This document shows, in pieces, positions 36,407-38,686 of a DNA stretch of 38,686 bases (positions are counted from its first letter, which is position 1; every line of letters begins with the position of its first letter). Below the pieces are notes generated by a model. It worked only from the letters and a program-made list of their open reading frames with translations. It had not been told where the DNA came from and did not search any database. Origin of the DNA: a virus (lineage: Duplodnaviria > Heunggongvirae > Uroviricota > Caudoviricetes); the IMG/VR virus record IMGVR_UViG_2698536640_000025; one strand, written 5' to 3'. A program made the position numbers and the translations under genes.

Positions 36407-36726
36407 CGGCTGGAAGGAAAACCTGAAGGCCGGATGTGGAAAGGCCCCGAGTCAAACATATTGTTTAACCCGAGGCCCTAACCATTCCTACCCTAGACAA
36501 GTGGAAGGTTAGCGCCTCCCTGTAAAAGGAGTCAAGCGCTATGCCGCAAAAAACGATCATCGTGAGCATTTTATGCTTAACCATGTTGTTGGCCATCTGG
36601 ATGATACACCGTTCGCCGTGTGAGTTCAGACTTAACATCATGTGGTCAGAATTTGCGGCGTTCTTGCAGTGTAAACAGTAAGAAACCGCAGCGGGGGTGA
36701 AAGCCCCCGCTATCCGGTTGTCGGGT
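36381..36726. repeat. Tandem direct repeat copy 1 (about 346 bp), a hok/sok-like type I toxin-antitoxin locus
   Basis: About 85 percent identical to copy 2 over its length; period about 477 bp; contains a hok-like ORF and a GC stem-loop after it. Confidence 0.8.
36541..36681 (+). CDS. Hok/Gef-family membrane toxin (46 aa, MPQKTIIVSILCLTMLLAIWMIHRSPCEFRLNIMWSEFAAFLQCKQ)
   Basis: Single TM followed by a CE(F/I)R...EFAAF pattern typical of the Hok family; AAGGAG RBS. Confidence 0.7.
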   Translation: MPQKTIIVSILCLTMLLAIWMIHRSPCEFRLNIMWSEFAAFLQCKQ

Positions 36727-36762
36727 TCAGTCGATATGGCACCCCTTTCTCCATTGGATTAC

Positions 36763-36786
36763 AGACGTATTTGCCCGCAATATGCG
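36763..36786 (+). terminator. Rho-independent terminator after hok-like locus 1 (GCCCGCA-ata-TGCGGGC + T6)
   Basis: Read directly. Confidence 0.6.
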
Positions 36787-36857
36787 GGCTTTTTTGCCGC
36801 CCTCCCCCTAAACAGTTTCAACACTGAGCATTGCGCGCACAAAGGGAAATCAGTAGA

Positions 36858-37200
36858 TTACACGTGGGTGCCTTTCGGCTGACGGCTGGAAGGATTACCT
36901 GAAGGCCGGATGTGAAAAGGCCCCGAGTCAAACATTTGTTTAACCCGAGGCCCTAACCATCTAACCTTCGCAAGTGGAAGGTTAGCGCCTCTCCAACAAA
37001 GGAGCAAGCGCTATGTCGCAAAAATCGCTTATGGCCATCACGTTCTGCGTGACGGCAATCCTCATCATCTGGATGTTACATGGTTCGCTGTGTGAAATAC
37101 GGATGAACATCTGGGGAGCGGAGTTTGCGGCGTTCTTACAGTGTAAGCAGTAAGGAAACCGCGACGGGGGAGTAATCCCCCGTCAATCGGTTGTCAGGGT
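36858..37200. repeat. Tandem direct repeat copy 2 (about 343 bp), hok/sok-like locus
   Basis: Matches copy 1 with scattered substitutions. Confidence 0.8.
37013..37153 (+). CDS. Hok/Gef-family membrane toxin (46 aa, MSQKSLMAITFCVTAILIIWMLHGSLCEIRMNIWGAEFAAFLQCKQ)
   Basis: SLCEIR and EFAAF motifs as in Hok; AAGGAG RBS. Confidence 0.75.
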   Translation: MSQKSLMAITFCVTAILIIWMLHGSLCEIRMNIWGAEFAAFLQCKQ

Positions 37201-37247
37201 AAGGCCGAAAGTAGCACCCTCACACGCAAGTCACAAAGAAAAATAAA

Positions 37248-37279
37248 GCCCGCAGCGTAAAAACTGCGGGCTTTTTTTG
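37248..37279 (+). terminator. Rho-independent terminator after hok-like locus 2 (GCCCGCAG...CTGCGGGC + T7)
   Basis: Read directly. Confidence 0.6.
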
Positions 37280-37348
37280 TTTCAAAGATGGGCATTATAT
37301 GGACACCTGAAAATAAATCCCTTTTATTTTCAGTTAATTAACCTCATG

Positions 37349-37374
37349 CAAAAAGCGCCCGCAGGCGCTTTTTA
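37349..37374 (-). terminator. Bidirectional stem-loop terminator downstream of serS (AGCGCC-cgca-GGCGCT flanked by A5 and T5)
   Basis: Read directly; about 20 nt after the serS stop codon. Confidence 0.6.
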
Positions 37375-37393
37375 GATTCAGAAAAATTGGGTA

Positions 37394-38686
<1,293 letters not shown>

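Noticed and set aside
36697-36882. 61-aa ORF between the two hok repeats
   Set aside because: It reads straight through the rho-independent terminator hairpin after hok copy 1 and into repeat 2, with no RBS; most likely a chance frame.
36381-37200. Possible CRISPR array or att duplication from the direct repeats
   Set aside because: Only two copies, about 345 bp each with a 477-bp period, each containing a complete hok-like ORF; not the short regular repeat-spacer structure of CRISPR, and both copies are at the same prophage end so they cannot be attL/attR.

Overview
The window is almost entirely a P2-like (Peduovirus-type) temperate prophage of about 36 kb, sitting next to a complete seryl-tRNA synthetase gene (serS, 37394..38686, minus strand) in an enterobacterial chromosome. 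From left to right it holds: a chromosomal flank ORF (1..480); a tyrosine integrase and C-type repressor on the minus strand; a rightward early operon (Cox/Apl-like regulator, small ORFs, DEDDh exonuclease, Dam methyltransferase, DUF4406, gpA rolling-circle initiator, SSB-like protein); a variable hotspot at the position P2 uses for tin/old; portal Q and terminase P on the minus strand; the head and lysis genes O-N-M-L-X, pinholin, SAR endolysin and nested spanins; a NanS-p-like esterase moron; tail completion and baseplate/fibre genes R-S-V-W-J-I-H-G; an inverted sheath-tube-tape-measure block (FI-FII-E/E'-T-U, minus strand); D and an Ogr-like zinc finger; then two diverged tandem hok/gef-family toxin loci before serS. 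The best candidate for an undescribed system is the hotspot at 11744..13443, which holds two divergent genes with no motif I can recognise: an AT-rich three-TM membrane protein and a 167-aa soluble protein. Other notable points are the esterase moron, the inverted tail block, the tandem hok loci and a membrane-protein gene embedded antisense in the early operon. All calls rest on reading the supplied ORF translations and sequence by eye; no database search was run. Start codons I inferred inside track ORFs are placed by amino-acid offset and may be off by a few bases, and the prophage attachment sites were not resolved.
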